Shown here piece by piece: positions 18,009 to 27,749 of a DNA stretch of 64,000 nt. The notes beneath the pieces are model-generated. The model worked only from the letters and a program-made list of their open reading frames with translations. It ran no database searches and was not told the origin of the DNA. Both the position numbers and the translations under genes were made by a program. Every line of letters starts with the position of its first letter. Within the stretch, counting starts at the first letter, position 1. Origin of the DNA: an uncultured Gemmatimonadales bacterium (lineage in GTDB: Bacteria; Gemmatimonadota; Gemmatimonadetes; Longimicrobiales; RSA9); the NCBI GenBank assembly GCA_963798085.1, contig CAWCRS010000007.1:160001-224000 (forward strand), written 5' to 3'.

Positions 18009-20465
18009 ATGGACCGCCTGCTCCAGGACATCCGCTACGGCGCCAAGCTGCTTCTCAAGGACCGCTCGTTCACCGTTGCCGCACTGCTCACGCTCACGCT
18101 CTGCATTGGCGCCAACAGCGCGATCTTCAGTGTGATGCACTCGGTGCTGCTCAAGCCGTTGCCATTCCCGGAGTCGCAGAGCCTGGTGAGCCTCTACAAT
18201 GCCTATCCCAAGGCGGGCATACCGCGGGCTTCCAACGGTGTGCCGGACTACTACGACCGCCTGGGGTTGAAGAACGTCTTCGACAATCTGGCGCTGTACC
18301 AGTCGAACGGCGTGACGATCGGGGAGCAGGGCTCTCCGGAGCGCGTCGCGGCACTGCGCGTCACACCCGGCTTCTTCCAGCTGCTGCACGTTGCGGCACA
18401 GGCCGGCCGCACCTTTGCCGAGTCCGATGGCGAAGTGGGAAGTGACAAGGTGGCTGTGATCAGCTGGAGTCTCTGGCAGCAGACGCTGGCGGGCAGGCCG
18501 GATGCCGTGGGCGAGGATATTCGCGTCAACGGCACGCCCTATCGCATCATCGGCATCATGCCGCGCGGTTTCCTGTTCGAGGATCGCGACACCCGCCTCT
18601 GGACACCCCTCGCGTTCACCGCCCGGGACCGTTCCAACGAGCGACGACACAGCAACTCCTACAGCATGATCGGCCGGTTGCATGCCGGCGTCCCGGTCGC
18701 GCAGGCGCAGCAGCAGATCGATGCGCTGAATGTGCGCAACCTGGAAATCATGCCCGAGCTCAAACAGCTCATTATCAATGCCGGCTTCCACACCGTCGTG
18801 ATGGACTACCGGAATGATCTCACCCACGATGTCGCCGGCACGCTGGTACTGCTTCAGACGGGCGTGCTGCTGGTGCTGCTCATCGGCTGCGTCAACATCG
18901 CCAACCTGATGCTGGTGCGTTCGACCGTGCGTGCGCGCGAGCTGGCCACGCGCGCCGCACTGGGCGCCAGCATGCCCCGCCTGGCAAGGCAGCTGTTGAC
19001 GGAAAGTGTTCTGCTGTCCTTCACGGGCGGCGTGCTGGGTCTGGTCGCCGGCTGGTTCGGCATGCGGCTGCTCAACATGCTGGGCGCGGACCAGCTGCCC
19101 CGCAGCGCCGAGATCACCATGGACTGGCAGGTCATCCTGGCCACCTGCGGCCTCGCCGTGCTGGCCGGATTGCTGTTCGGCACCATTCCGGCCGCCCGCC
19201 TGTTCCGTCAGAACCTCAGCTCGGTATTCCGCCAGGCGGGTCGCACCGGCACGTCGGGCCGCGGTGCACTCGCCGCGCGCAGCACGCTCGTGGTCGTGCA
19301 AGTGTCCGTCGCCTTCGCGCTGCTCATCGGCGCGGGCCTCATGATCTCCAGCTTCGCGCGCCGGCTGGCCGTCGATCCGGGCTTTCGCAGGGATGGTGTG
19401 CTCACCGCCGCCCTGGCCCTGCCGGTGACACGCTATCCCGATGGCCCGGCACGCGCCGCCTTCGTGAAGCAGGCGCTGGAGAGCATTCGCGCCATCCCCG
19501 GCGTCCGCTCCGCCGGCGCGACCAGTGCGATTCCCTTCGGCGACGACTTCAACTCCAGCGTGATCACGCCCGAAGGCTACGTCATGAAGCCCGGCGAATC
19601 ACCCATTTCGCCCTACCATACTGCCATAACACCCGGTTATTTCGAGACCATGGGCATCCAGCTCGTGCGCGGTCGCACCTTCAATGATGGCGATGATCAG
19701 AAGACACTGAAGGTCGCGCTCATCGATGAATGGCTGGCGAGTCACTTCTGGCCGGGCCAGGACCCCATCGGCAAGCGCATGTTCCAGGGCGTGTATGGCT
19801 TGCAGCCCGAGGACTCGATCGAATTCCAGACCATTGTCGGCATCGTGCGTGACGTGCGCGTCGCCAACCTCGCCGGCGACGAGACCAAGGGGCACAACTA
19901 CGTGCCCATGACGCAGGAGCCTGCCGGCAACCTCTTCGTGGTTGTGCATACCGCCGGCCCACCTGCCGCCGTGCTGCCTGCCATGCGCACCGCCGTGGGC
20001 CGCCTCGATCCCGACATGCCCGTCTACAACGTGCGCACCATGGGCGAACGCGTGACGCGCTCGCTGCTCGAGGACCGCGCCCGCATGGTCCTGCTCGGCC
20101 TCTTCGGCGCCGTCGCACTGTTCCTGGCCGCGACCGGCATCTACGGCGTGCTCGCCTACTCCGTGACCCTGCGCACGAAGGAGTTCGGCATCCGCCTGGC
20201 GCTGGGCAGCAATCTGCCCGATCTGTTCCGCATCGTCCTGGTGCAGGGCGTCCGACTGCTCGCCTTCGGCCTCGCCATCGGCCTGACCGCCAGTTTCCTG
20301 CTGACCCGACTCGTACAGAGCATGCTCTTCGGCGTGCGCCCGCACGATCCGCTCGTCTTTGCCGGCGTGTCTCTGCTGCTCGGCCTCGTCGCCCTGCTCG
20401 CCTGCGCCCTGCCCGCCCGCCGCGCCACTCTCGTCAACCCCGGCCGGGCGCTGACACTCGACTGA
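18009..20465 (+). CDS. ABC transporter permease, duplicated MacB/FtsX (ADOP) family
   Basis: MDRLLQDIRYGAKLL...LTLCIGANSAIFS, LIGCVNIANLML, EFGIRLALG, LPARRA. Confidence 0.93.
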   Translation: MDRLLQDIRYGAKLLLKDRSFTVAALLTLTLCIGANSAIFSVMHSVLLKPLPFPESQSLVSLYNAYPKAGIPRASNGVPDYYDRLGLKNVFDNLALYQSNGVTIGEQGSPERVAALRVTPGFFQLLHVAAQAGRTFAESDGEVGSDKVAVISWSLWQQTLAGRPDAVGEDIRVNGTPYRIIGIMPRGFLFEDRDTRLWTPLAFTARDRSNERRHSNSYSMIGRLHAGVPVAQAQQQIDALNVRNLEIMPELKQLIINAGFHTVVMDYRNDLTHDVAGTLVLLQTGVLLVLLIGCVNIANLMLVRSTVRARELATRAALGASMPRLARQLLTESVLLSFTGGVLGLVAGWFGMRLLNMLGADQLPRSAEITMDWQVILATCGLAVLAGLLFGTIPAARLFRQNLSSVFRQAGRTGTSGRGALAARSTLVVVQVSVAFALLIGAGLMISSFARRLAVDPGFRRDGVLTAALALPVTRYPDGPARAAFVKQALESIRAIPGVRSAGATSAIPFGDDFNSSVITPEGYVMKPGESPISPYHTAITPGYFETMGIQLVRGRTFNDGDDQKTLKVALIDEWLASHFWPGQDPIGKRMFQGVYGLQPEDSIEFQTIVGIVRDVRVANLAGDETKGHNYVPMTQEPAGNLFVVVHTAGPPAAVLPAMRTAVGRLDPDMPVYNVRTMGERVTRSLLEDRARMVLLGLFGAVALFLAATGIYGVLAYSVTLRTKEFGIRLALGSNLPDLFRIVLVQGVRLLAFGLAIGLTASFLLTRLVQSMLFGVRPHDPLVFAGVSLLLGLVALLACALPARRATLVNPGRALTLD

Positions 20466-20492
20466 CCTCCTCACCGGCTTCGCGGCCAAGGG

Positions 20493-22985
20493 CTAGTCGG
20501 TGCGCATGGCGACGAGGGGGTCGACGCGGGCGGCGCGGCGGGCGGGCAGCCAGCTGGCCAGCAGGCTGACGCCGGCTAACACGCTGATGGCGATGGCATA
20601 GGTGAGCGGGTTCGTTGGCTGGACGCCGAACAGCAGGCTGCGCATCAGGCCGGTCAGTGCCAGCGCGCCAATGGTGCCGGCGCCTGCGCCCAGCAGCACC
20701 ATGCGCAGGGAATTACCGATCACCAGCGCCGCCACCTGGCGAGGGCGCGCGCCCAGCGCCACACGCACGCCCAGCTCGCGCGTGCGTCGCGTCACGATCC
20801 AGGAGATCACGCCGTACAGGCCGATGGCGGCGAGCAGCAGCGCCAGGAATGCGGCCAGGCCGAGCAGTGTCATGGTGAAGGAAAGGCGACCCATCGAGTG
20901 GTCGACAATGCTGCTCATGGTCCCGGCATTGCTCAGCGGGATCGCCGGATCCACATCGGCCACCGCCTTGCGCACGGCACTGAACACGGAGGCGGGATCC
21001 GCGAGCGAGGTGCGCACTGCCAGCGACACCACGCGCGCCGACCAGGGCTGCTTGTTGCCAGGAATGCAGGCAATCGGATAGTAGGCCACGATCGCCGGCG
21101 GCTCCTCCAGCGAGCTGCTGTACACGTCGCCCACAACGCCCACCACTGTATAGAACGGCGGGTTAGTCCAGCCGTTCGGTGCGATGCGTTTGCCCACTGC
21201 ATCCTCGCCCGGCCAGAAACGATCCGCAAACGACTTGCTCACCACCACCGCACCCGCTTCCGGCTGGTCGTTGTCGGCGCGTGTGAATGTGCGACCACTC
21301 AGCAGCGGAATGCCCAGCGCCTCGAAATAGCCCGGCGTCGTCGGTTCCTGTCCCGCGCACGTCGTGTTGCCCGCATTGCGCAGGCGCTCGTACACGGCGG
21401 CATTGGCGAAGCCCTGCACCGTGCAGCCGAACGCTTCCGTGAAGGGCAGCTCCTCCGACGCGCCGGCCCGCGTGACGCCCGGGATCGCTTCAATGCGCTC
21501 GAGCACATTCGCGTAGAAGCGCCAGGCGTCCGAGGCCTGCGGGTAGCGGCTCTCGGGCAGGTACACCTGCATGGTGAGCACGCCACGCGCGTCAACGCCC
21601 GGGTTCACCGAGCGCAGCCGCTGATAACTCGCGACCAGCAGACCTGCGCCGATCACCAGCACGAGCGCCAGCGCCACCTGCAGCGCCACCAGTCCATCGC
21701 GCAGGCGCTGCCGCTCGCGCCCTGTCGTCACGCGACCACTGTCGCCGATCGCGCCCGCCGCCATATCGCGCCGGTGGTGCAGGATGGGGAACAGCGCGAG
21801 CACGAGCGCGACCAGCAGCGAGATACCCAGCGCGAAGAGTACGGAACCCGAACCCACTCGCAGCTCCGCCAGGCGGGGCAGCGAATCGGGCGCCAGCGAG
21901 ACCAGCGCATCGACGCCCCACCAGCCCAGCGCCAGCGAGACGACGCAGCCCGCCAGCACCATGGCCAGGCTCTCCGCCAGGAACTGCCGCGCGATGACCA
22001 GACGGCCCGCGCCCAGCGCGCTGCGCACAGCCAGCTCACGCCGCCGCGTCTCGACGCGTACCAGAAACAGGTTGGCGACGTTCAGGCAGGCAATCACCAG
22101 AATCAGTGCCACACTGCCGAACAGAATCCACAGATTGCGCGCGGCAGCGCCCACCGTGTACTGCTTCAGCGGATAGACTTTCGTGCTCAGCCGGTAGCGC
22201 TCGAGGAAATTCCGGCTGTAGCCCTCGGGAAACGCATCGCCTAACTGCGCTGTCAGGCGGTTCATCTCCTGCTGTGCCTGCTCGACCGTGAAGCCCGGCG
22301 CCAGTCTCGCCAGTGTGGGAATGATGTGGCTGAAGGGCCCGCCGTTCTCCTCCAGCACGAAGGGCTGCCACAGGTCCGGCTCGCTCGCCAGCCCGCCGCC
22401 CGGATCCTCCGGCAGATACGTGCCCCTCGCCATTACGCCGACGATCTCGACCGGCCGCTCGTTGAGGGAGAGAGTGCGACCGACGACCGACCGGTCGCCG
22501 CCGAAGCTGCGTCGCCAGAACCCTTCCGACAGCACCACGACCTGCGCGGCGCCCACCGCATCATCCGCATCCGCGATCAGACGGCCCAGCAGCGGACGCG
22601 CGCCCAGCATGCGCAACACGCTCCCGCTCGCCAGCGCCGTGCGCACGCGCTGCGCGCCATCCGGCGTCGCCACATTGGCGCCGCCCGCGCGAAAGGCGCC
22701 CACTGCATCCAGTGTCTTCGTGCTGGCGCTGAAATAGCGCTGCTCCGAAGGCGAGAGCTGCCACTCTTCGCCGGCACCCACGCCCGGCACCGGACTCTTC
22801 AGCCGCACCAGCCGGCCCGACTCCGGGTAAGGCAGCGGATCCAGCACCACGCGCTGCAGCAGGGTGAAGATCGCGGTGGTCGCGCCAATGCCCAGGGCAA
22901 ACACCGTGATAGCTATGACACTGAACCCGGGCGCGCGCCGCAGCGTGCGCACGGCCTGAAGGAAATCCCGCCCGAATTCGCTCAT
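20493..22985 (-). CDS. ABC transporter permease, ADOP family
   Basis: RTLRRAPGFS...ALGIGATTAIF, IACLNVANLFL, ELGVRVALGA, LPARRAARVDPLVAMRTD. Confidence 0.93.
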   Translation of the reverse strand: MSEFGRDFLQAVRTLRRAPGFSVIAITVFALGIGATTAIFTLLQRVVLDPLPYPESGRLVRLKSPVPGVGAGEEWQLSPSEQRYFSASTKTLDAVGAFRAGGANVATPDGAQRVRTALASGSVLRMLGARPLLGRLIADADDAVGAAQVVVLSEGFWRRSFGGDRSVVGRTLSLNERPVEIVGVMARGTYLPEDPGGGLASEPDLWQPFVLEENGGPFSHIIPTLARLAPGFTVEQAQQEMNRLTAQLGDAFPEGYSRNFLERYRLSTKVYPLKQYTVGAAARNLWILFGSVALILVIACLNVANLFLVRVETRRRELAVRSALGAGRLVIARQFLAESLAMVLAGCVVSLALGWWGVDALVSLAPDSLPRLAELRVGSGSVLFALGISLLVALVLALFPILHHRRDMAAGAIGDSGRVTTGRERQRLRDGLVALQVALALVLVIGAGLLVASYQRLRSVNPGVDARGVLTMQVYLPESRYPQASDAWRFYANVLERIEAIPGVTRAGASEELPFTEAFGCTVQGFANAAVYERLRNAGNTTCAGQEPTTPGYFEALGIPLLSGRTFTRADNDQPEAGAVVVSKSFADRFWPGEDAVGKRIAPNGWTNPPFYTVVGVVGDVYSSSLEEPPAIVAYYPIACIPGNKQPWSARVVSLAVRTSLADPASVFSAVRKAVADVDPAIPLSNAGTMSSIVDHSMGRLSFTMTLLGLAAFLALLLAAIGLYGVISWIVTRRTRELGVRVALGARPRQVAALVIGNSLRMVLLGAGAGTIGALALTGLMRSLLFGVQPTNPLTYAIAISVLAGVSLLASWLPARRAARVDPLVAMRTD

Positions 22986-23166
22986 GATCACAGCCGTGGT
23001 TGGGGTTCGGTCGGCAGCGCTTCTGTCCCGGGAAAAGACAAACGGCGTGCCACCCGCACGCCGTTTGTAACTCATGACAGCCCAGCAGGTTGGACTAGCG
23101 CTCCCGGATCACGGACCGGGCTGGCCTGCTCTGCCGTGGCATGCGCCGTCCCAATTCCGGGAGCGG

Positions 23167-24153
23167 TCAGAGCCCGTCGTACGCGTCCTGGATGCGCTTG
23201 CGCATGGCGGCATCCGGCATGCGCCCGTGGGCGGCGCCCAGATTGTCCGTCAGGTGCTCCAGCTTGGTGGTGCCGGGAATCGCGCAGGTCACCGCCGGAT
23301 GGGAAACCACCCACTTCAGGAAGATCTGCGGCCACGAGGTGCAGTCGATTTCCTTCGCCCAGTCCGGAACCGGTTTGCCGCTGGACTTCTGGAACACGCT
23401 CTCGCGGCCGAACGGCAGGTTGATGAGCACACCCATGCCGCGCTCGGCCGCCAGCGGCAGGATCTGCTCCTCGGCATTGCGGTTGTTGATCGAGTAGTCG
23501 ACCTGGATGAAGTCCAGCTTCTCCGCCTTCATGAGCTGCAGGAGCGTGTCGTACTGGCGGTCGCTGGATGTGGTAACACCGTGATAGCGGATCTTCCCGG
23601 CCGTCTTCCACTCGCGCAGCATGGGCAGCAGTGTTTCTGTTCCGCCCAGATTCCACACCTGCATCAGGTCGATGACCTTGGTGTGCAGCCGCTCCATCGA
23701 CTGCGCCAGGGAATCAATGCCGCGCTGCGGATCCGGCGCGGCCGCCGCCTGTCCGCCGCGGCCCCGGCCGCCGCCCAGTGAGACCTTGGTGGCAAGGAAG
23801 AACCTGCTGCGCAGGCCCTGATCGTTGATCGCGTCGCCCAGCGCCTCTTCCGACTTGCCGTACGACGGCGCCGTGTCCACGACCTTGCCGCCCAGCTCGG
23901 GCATCTCGCGCAGCAGATCGCACAGCTGATCGTGCGGCGTGTCGCCCCAGCTCTGCGCCGTGCCCAGACCAATGACCGGCAGCGGCTCGCCCGACGACGG
24001 AATCGGCCTGGTCACGAGCGGCAGCTGCAGCACGCGCGTCAGCCGCGACAGTTCCTCGCCGCGCAGCGGCAGGCGCCCCAGCACCAGGCCGGCGCCGGCG
24101 GCAAGGCCGAGACGCAGTGCGTCGCGCCGGGAGGGTTCGTGCGCATGGCTCAT
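23167..24153 (-). CDS. Aldo/keto reductase with a Tat signal
   Basis: SRRDAL Tat motif, IGLGT, VDTAPSYG, FLATK, IDLMQVWN, AIPGTTK. Confidence 0.92.
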   Translation of the reverse strand: MSHAHEPSRRDALRLGLAAGAGLVLGRLPLRGEELSRLTRVLQLPLVTRPIPSSGEPLPVIGLGTAQSWGDTPHDQLCDLLREMPELGGKVVDTAPSYGKSEEALGDAINDQGLRSRFFLATKVSLGGGRGRGGQAAAAPDPQRGIDSLAQSMERLHTKVIDLMQVWNLGGTETLLPMLREWKTAGKIRYHGVTTSSDRQYDTLLQLMKAEKLDFIQVDYSINNRNAEEQILPLAAERGMGVLINLPFGRESVFQKSSGKPVPDWAKEIDCTSWPQIFLKWVVSHPAVTCAIPGTTKLEHLTDNLGAAHGRMPDAAMRKRIQDAYDGL

Positions 24154-24181
24154 GTCTCGTCCTCCGTGGATCGATGCGTGG

Positions 24182-25342
24182 TCAGCTCCTCAGCGACAGC
24201 ACGTTGAGCGTCACCAGCTCGAGGTAGCTCTTGTACCCGCCATTGTGGAATTCGCGGGCGAAGTCCGTGAAATGCTCGAGCAGCTGCGTCGAGGAGTAGC
24301 CCGGCACATTCTGCGGATGGAAACCGCGGAAATAGCTGCGTATGATAACACTCCTGTCATCAAACGGCAGCGCGCTCACGGTCGCCGCAAACGTCTGAAA
24401 GCCGGACTGCTGGAACAGGTACTGCTCGACGTTCGACGTGTAGAACGCGGAAATGTGCAGGCCCCGGCGCGCCACTTCCTGGCCGATCGCCGCCAGTGCG
24501 TGCGGGCCGGAGAGGTCGCCCACCACGGGCACGACCAGATTGCGCGTCTCCAGGTCCTTGATGAACTGGAAGCTCGCCTCCGAGGCGAGATAGTTGCGCC
24601 GCTTGCCCTCGAGATCGGTCTCCAGAATCAGCTGCCGCCAGCTGGGGAAGGAGTTGAACCGCCCGCGATTCGAGTAGCGCGTGTCCAGTCCCCACTCCGC
24701 GAACGTCGTGTGGATGGTGTGGATCGTGGCCAGGTCCTCCGCCGACAGTGTGTAGCCGAAGCGGGTGGCGCTCGCCGTCACCCGTGCGGCCGCTTCGTCG
24801 AACGACTTCTGATCCGACTGCGTGGAATCGACGTACGCGATGATGCGCGTGACATCCGCCGTGTCCCAGCTCGCCAGATCCGGCGGCGTCCGCTTGCCCA
24901 GGAACAGGCAGAGATACTCGAGCCGGTTGCGCGCATTCTCGAAAAGCGCCTTGAACAGGAAATGCTGCAGCATGTTGTCGCGCCGGATGTCGATGATGAA
25001 CACGATCTCCGGCCGCACCGCGGCGATGTACGAGAAATTCTGGTCCGGTCCCACGCCCACGTACGCGCCGCCCGCCACGCCTGTCTCCTTCATCTTGCGC
25101 AGCACGTGCAGGTACGACGTCTCGTTGGACACCAGGTTGTCGCTGGGAAAGAAGCCGCCCGGCTCGGACAGCCGGTCGATCAGTCCGGCGAACTCGGCGG
25201 AGGCGATCGACGGTGTGGCCGGTGGCGCCACCATCGCCGCCGCGACGCGGGCCGGTGGCGCCTCGTGATGCGCTGCGCATGCGAAGCTCAGGATGGCGAG
25301 CGTCAGCGCGCGGAACAGGGGAGACCTGCGGATCATCCGCAC
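24182..25342 (-). CDS. Conserved hypothetical lipoprotein, methyltransferase-like fold possible
   Basis: Lipobox-like SFAC; SEPGGFFPSDNLVSNE, GAYVGVGPDQNFSYI, FYTSNVEQYL. Confidence 0.7.
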   Translation of the reverse strand: MRMIRRSPLFRALTLAILSFACAAHHEAPPARVAAAMVAPPATPSIASAEFAGLIDRLSEPGGFFPSDNLVSNETSYLHVLRKMKETGVAGGAYVGVGPDQNFSYIAAVRPEIVFIIDIRRDNMLQHFLFKALFENARNRLEYLCLFLGKRTPPDLASWDTADVTRIIAYVDSTQSDQKSFDEAAARVTASATRFGYTLSAEDLATIHTIHTTFAEWGLDTRYSNRGRFNSFPSWRQLILETDLEGKRRNYLASEASFQFIKDLETRNLVVPVVGDLSGPHALAAIGQEVARRGLHISAFYTSNVEQYLFQQSGFQTFAATVSALPFDDRSVIIRSYFRGFHPQNVPGYSSTQLLEHFTDFAREFHNGGYKSYLELVTLNVLSLRS

Positions 25343-25543
25343 CTCAGCGGCGAGAGCACGCCGAAGGATCGCGCCACCCGGCGGGCGGCGTCAAGCGAGG
25401 TGGGACGGCGCCCGCCCGGCGGTGGCTCACACCCGCCGGCACTGCCGCGCCCCGCGACCGTTCAACGGATCGCAGGCGACCGGCGCGCCTCGGCCCGCGG
25501 GCCGCTGCGCCCGGTCGCTGCCCGACCGCCGGCAACACGCGTG

Positions 25544-25645
25544 CTATCGCAACGCGGGCAGCGCCGCCCGCGCGCGCTCCGGCTGACCCTCGATCTCGAG
25601 CCAGCGTGGCGATCCGGGCGCGTGACCCGGCAACGTGAAGCGCAT
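25544..25645 (-). CDS. Putative 33-aa small protein
   Basis: GAGGGAGG RBS just upstream of ATG; MRFTLPGHAPGSPRWLEIEGQPERARAALPALR. Confidence 0.3.
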   Translation of the reverse strand: MRFTLPGHAPGSPRWLEIEGQPERARAALPALR

Positions 25646-25740
25646 GCAGCCTCCCTCGTTCGTGCCTTCGCTCTCCCCGCGACCTTCGCCGCCAGAGGAG
25701 CAGGCATCGCCTGCCACGAACTGTGCTGTGACGGGTCGCC

Positions 25741-25757
25741 TGCAACTGGGTTGCCGG
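25741..25757 (-). promoter_or_regulatory. Putative sigma-54 promoter
   Basis: Minus strand CCGGCAACCCAGTTGCA has GG-N10-GC spacing with TTGCA at -12, in an intergenic region. Confidence 0.4.
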
Positions 25758-25926
25758 CCCTGCCTGCGCCCTCGAGCCAGCCGCCCGCGAAGCGCATGGC
25801 CCCAACCCGCTGCCACTTCTGCATTGTCGCGGCAACGCGTATTGTGTGCGCGGCGTCGGGCGTCTGCGGACGCACGCCACCAGCCACAACACGCTGTTAC
25901 CGGGACTGCGCACGACGGGAAGTGGC

Positions 25927-26550
25927 ATGTCGCTCACGCACGGGGATGGACGCACACGCTGCCGCTGGGCCGGCAGTGATCCGCTGTACCTCGAGTATCA
26001 CGACCACGAATGGGGCTCGCCTTCACGCGATGACCGGCACCTGCTCGAGATGCTCGTGCTGGAAGGCGCGCAGGCCGGCCTCTCCTGGATCACCATCCTG
26101 CGCAAACGCGAGAACTATCGCCGGGCCTTCGACAACTTCGAGCCCGCGAAACTCGCGAAATACGATGAGCGCCGCATCGGGAAACTGCTGGCGGATACCG
26201 GAATCGTGCGCAACCGCATGAAGATCGACGCCGCCATTGGCAATGCGCGCGCGTTCCGCGATGTGGTGCAGGAGTACGGCAGCTTCCATGCGTACGTGTG
26301 GGACTTCGTGAACGGCCAGCCCATTGTGAACCGCTGGCAGCAGCACGAGCACCTGCCCGCGCAGACGCCTGAATCGGAAGCCATGAGCAAGGCGCTCAGG
26401 CAGCGCGGCTTCCGTTTTGTCGGCCCCACCATCTGCTATTCGTTCATGCAGGCGGTGGGCATGGTGAACGATCACGTCGTCGACTGCTTCCGCTGGGCCG
26501 AGCTGGGTGGGCAGAGCGGGAAGCGCCCTCGCACACGGGCGCGCAGCTGA
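25927..26550 (+). CDS. tag: DNA-3-methyladenine glycosylase I
   Basis: RCRWA...YHDHEWG, LEGAQAGLSWITIL, IVRNRMKI, GFRFVGPTICYSFMQAVGMVNDH. Confidence 0.96.
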   Translation: MSLTHGDGRTRCRWAGSDPLYLEYHDHEWGSPSRDDRHLLEMLVLEGAQAGLSWITILRKRENYRRAFDNFEPAKLAKYDERRIGKLLADTGIVRNRMKIDAAIGNARAFRDVVQEYGSFHAYVWDFVNGQPIVNRWQQHEHLPAQTPESEAMSKALRQRGFRFVGPTICYSFMQAVGMVNDHVVDCFRWAELGGQSGKRPRTRARS

Positions 26551-27639
26551 ATGCCGCGCAGAGCACGCGGTGCCGCTCTCGCACTCTGCATCACGGCGCT
26601 GTCCGCGTGCAGCGAGCAGGCGACGACGCACGCCGCACCTGCCCTCGCGGCCTCGCCCGGTCAGGCGGCGAGCGCGGGCGAGGATTCTGCGCGCATGCTC
26701 GAGCAAACGGCACTCACGGCCTGCGCGCAGACCTCCGCTACGGTCGCGCGCGCCGGGCTCGCCACACTGGACAGTGCGCTCCGGCTGCGGCCCGCGGATG
26801 CGCAGACACTGCTGGCGCGCGTGCAATGCTGGAGCGGGTACACCGACCATTTCGCTGCACCGGCGCCCGGCGTCGCCACGGCGCTCGCGCAGGCACAGCA
26901 GGCCGTCAGGATCGCGCCCGGCCTGGCTGCTGCGTACAGCACGCTCGGTCTCGTCCAGTTCCGCTACCTGCGCGCTGTGACGGATGCCGAAGCATCGTTC
27001 GCGCAGGCCATCCGACTCGATTCCGCCAATGCCGGCGCGCATGCCATGTTATCGGACGTGTTGGCGGAGACTGGCCGCACGCCTGAGGCGCTCGAGGAAG
27101 CGCAGCGCGCGCTCACGCTGGATCCCGCATCGGAACCCGACGCGACGCGCGTTGCCCTGCTGCTCGCCGGACTTGGTCGCACGGTCGAGTCGCTCGCCCA
27201 CGTGCAACGCGTGCTCGACGCCGACCCGGCCAGCAACGCCGGCAGTCTGGGCCTCGCCAGCATCCTGCTCGCCAACGGTCGCGCAGGCACCGCATTGCGG
27301 GTGCTGCAACGCGCCCGCCAGCTCGGCAATGCAGGTCTCGACACCGATGAGCTGATCGTGCGCACGCTCGCGCGCATGGGTCGCACGGGCGAAGCGCGCG
27401 CCGTGCTGGACGCCTGGCTGGCGCGCAGCGGCAGCGAGTACCTGCGCCCCGATCTGATAGCGGCAATGTTCGCAACGCTCGAGGAGAGCGACTCCGCGCT
27501 GGCGTGGCTGAACCGTGCGCAACGCGATGACACACGCGGCCTGGTCGAGCTGCGCAGCGGCCGCTTCGCCACGCTCGACCCGGATCCCGACTACCAGCAG
27601 CTGCTCGCCCGCGCCCGACCCGACCTGGGCAGCCGCTGA
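26551..27639 (+). CDS. TPR-repeat lipoprotein
   Basis: Lipobox LSAC, TPR helices (AEASFAQAIRLD, EALEEAQRALTLDP); abuts the tag stop codon. Confidence 0.75.
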   Translation: MPRRARGAALALCITALSACSEQATTHAAPALAASPGQAASAGEDSARMLEQTALTACAQTSATVARAGLATLDSALRLRPADAQTLLARVQCWSGYTDHFAAPAPGVATALAQAQQAVRIAPGLAAAYSTLGLVQFRYLRAVTDAEASFAQAIRLDSANAGAHAMLSDVLAETGRTPEALEEAQRALTLDPASEPDATRVALLLAGLGRTVESLAHVQRVLDADPASNAGSLGLASILLANGRAGTALRVLQRARQLGNAGLDTDELIVRTLARMGRTGEARAVLDAWLARSGSEYLRPDLIAAMFATLEESDSALAWLNRAQRDDTRGLVELRSGRFATLDPDPDYQQLLARARPDLGSR

Positions 27640-27749
27640 CACGCCCGGCCCCTGCGGAAACGCCTGCCACCGTTGCGCACTCGCTCCACTGACCGCCGCG
27701 CGATACCTTGCTGCGGCGCGACTTTCACTGCTTTCAGGCGACGACGATC

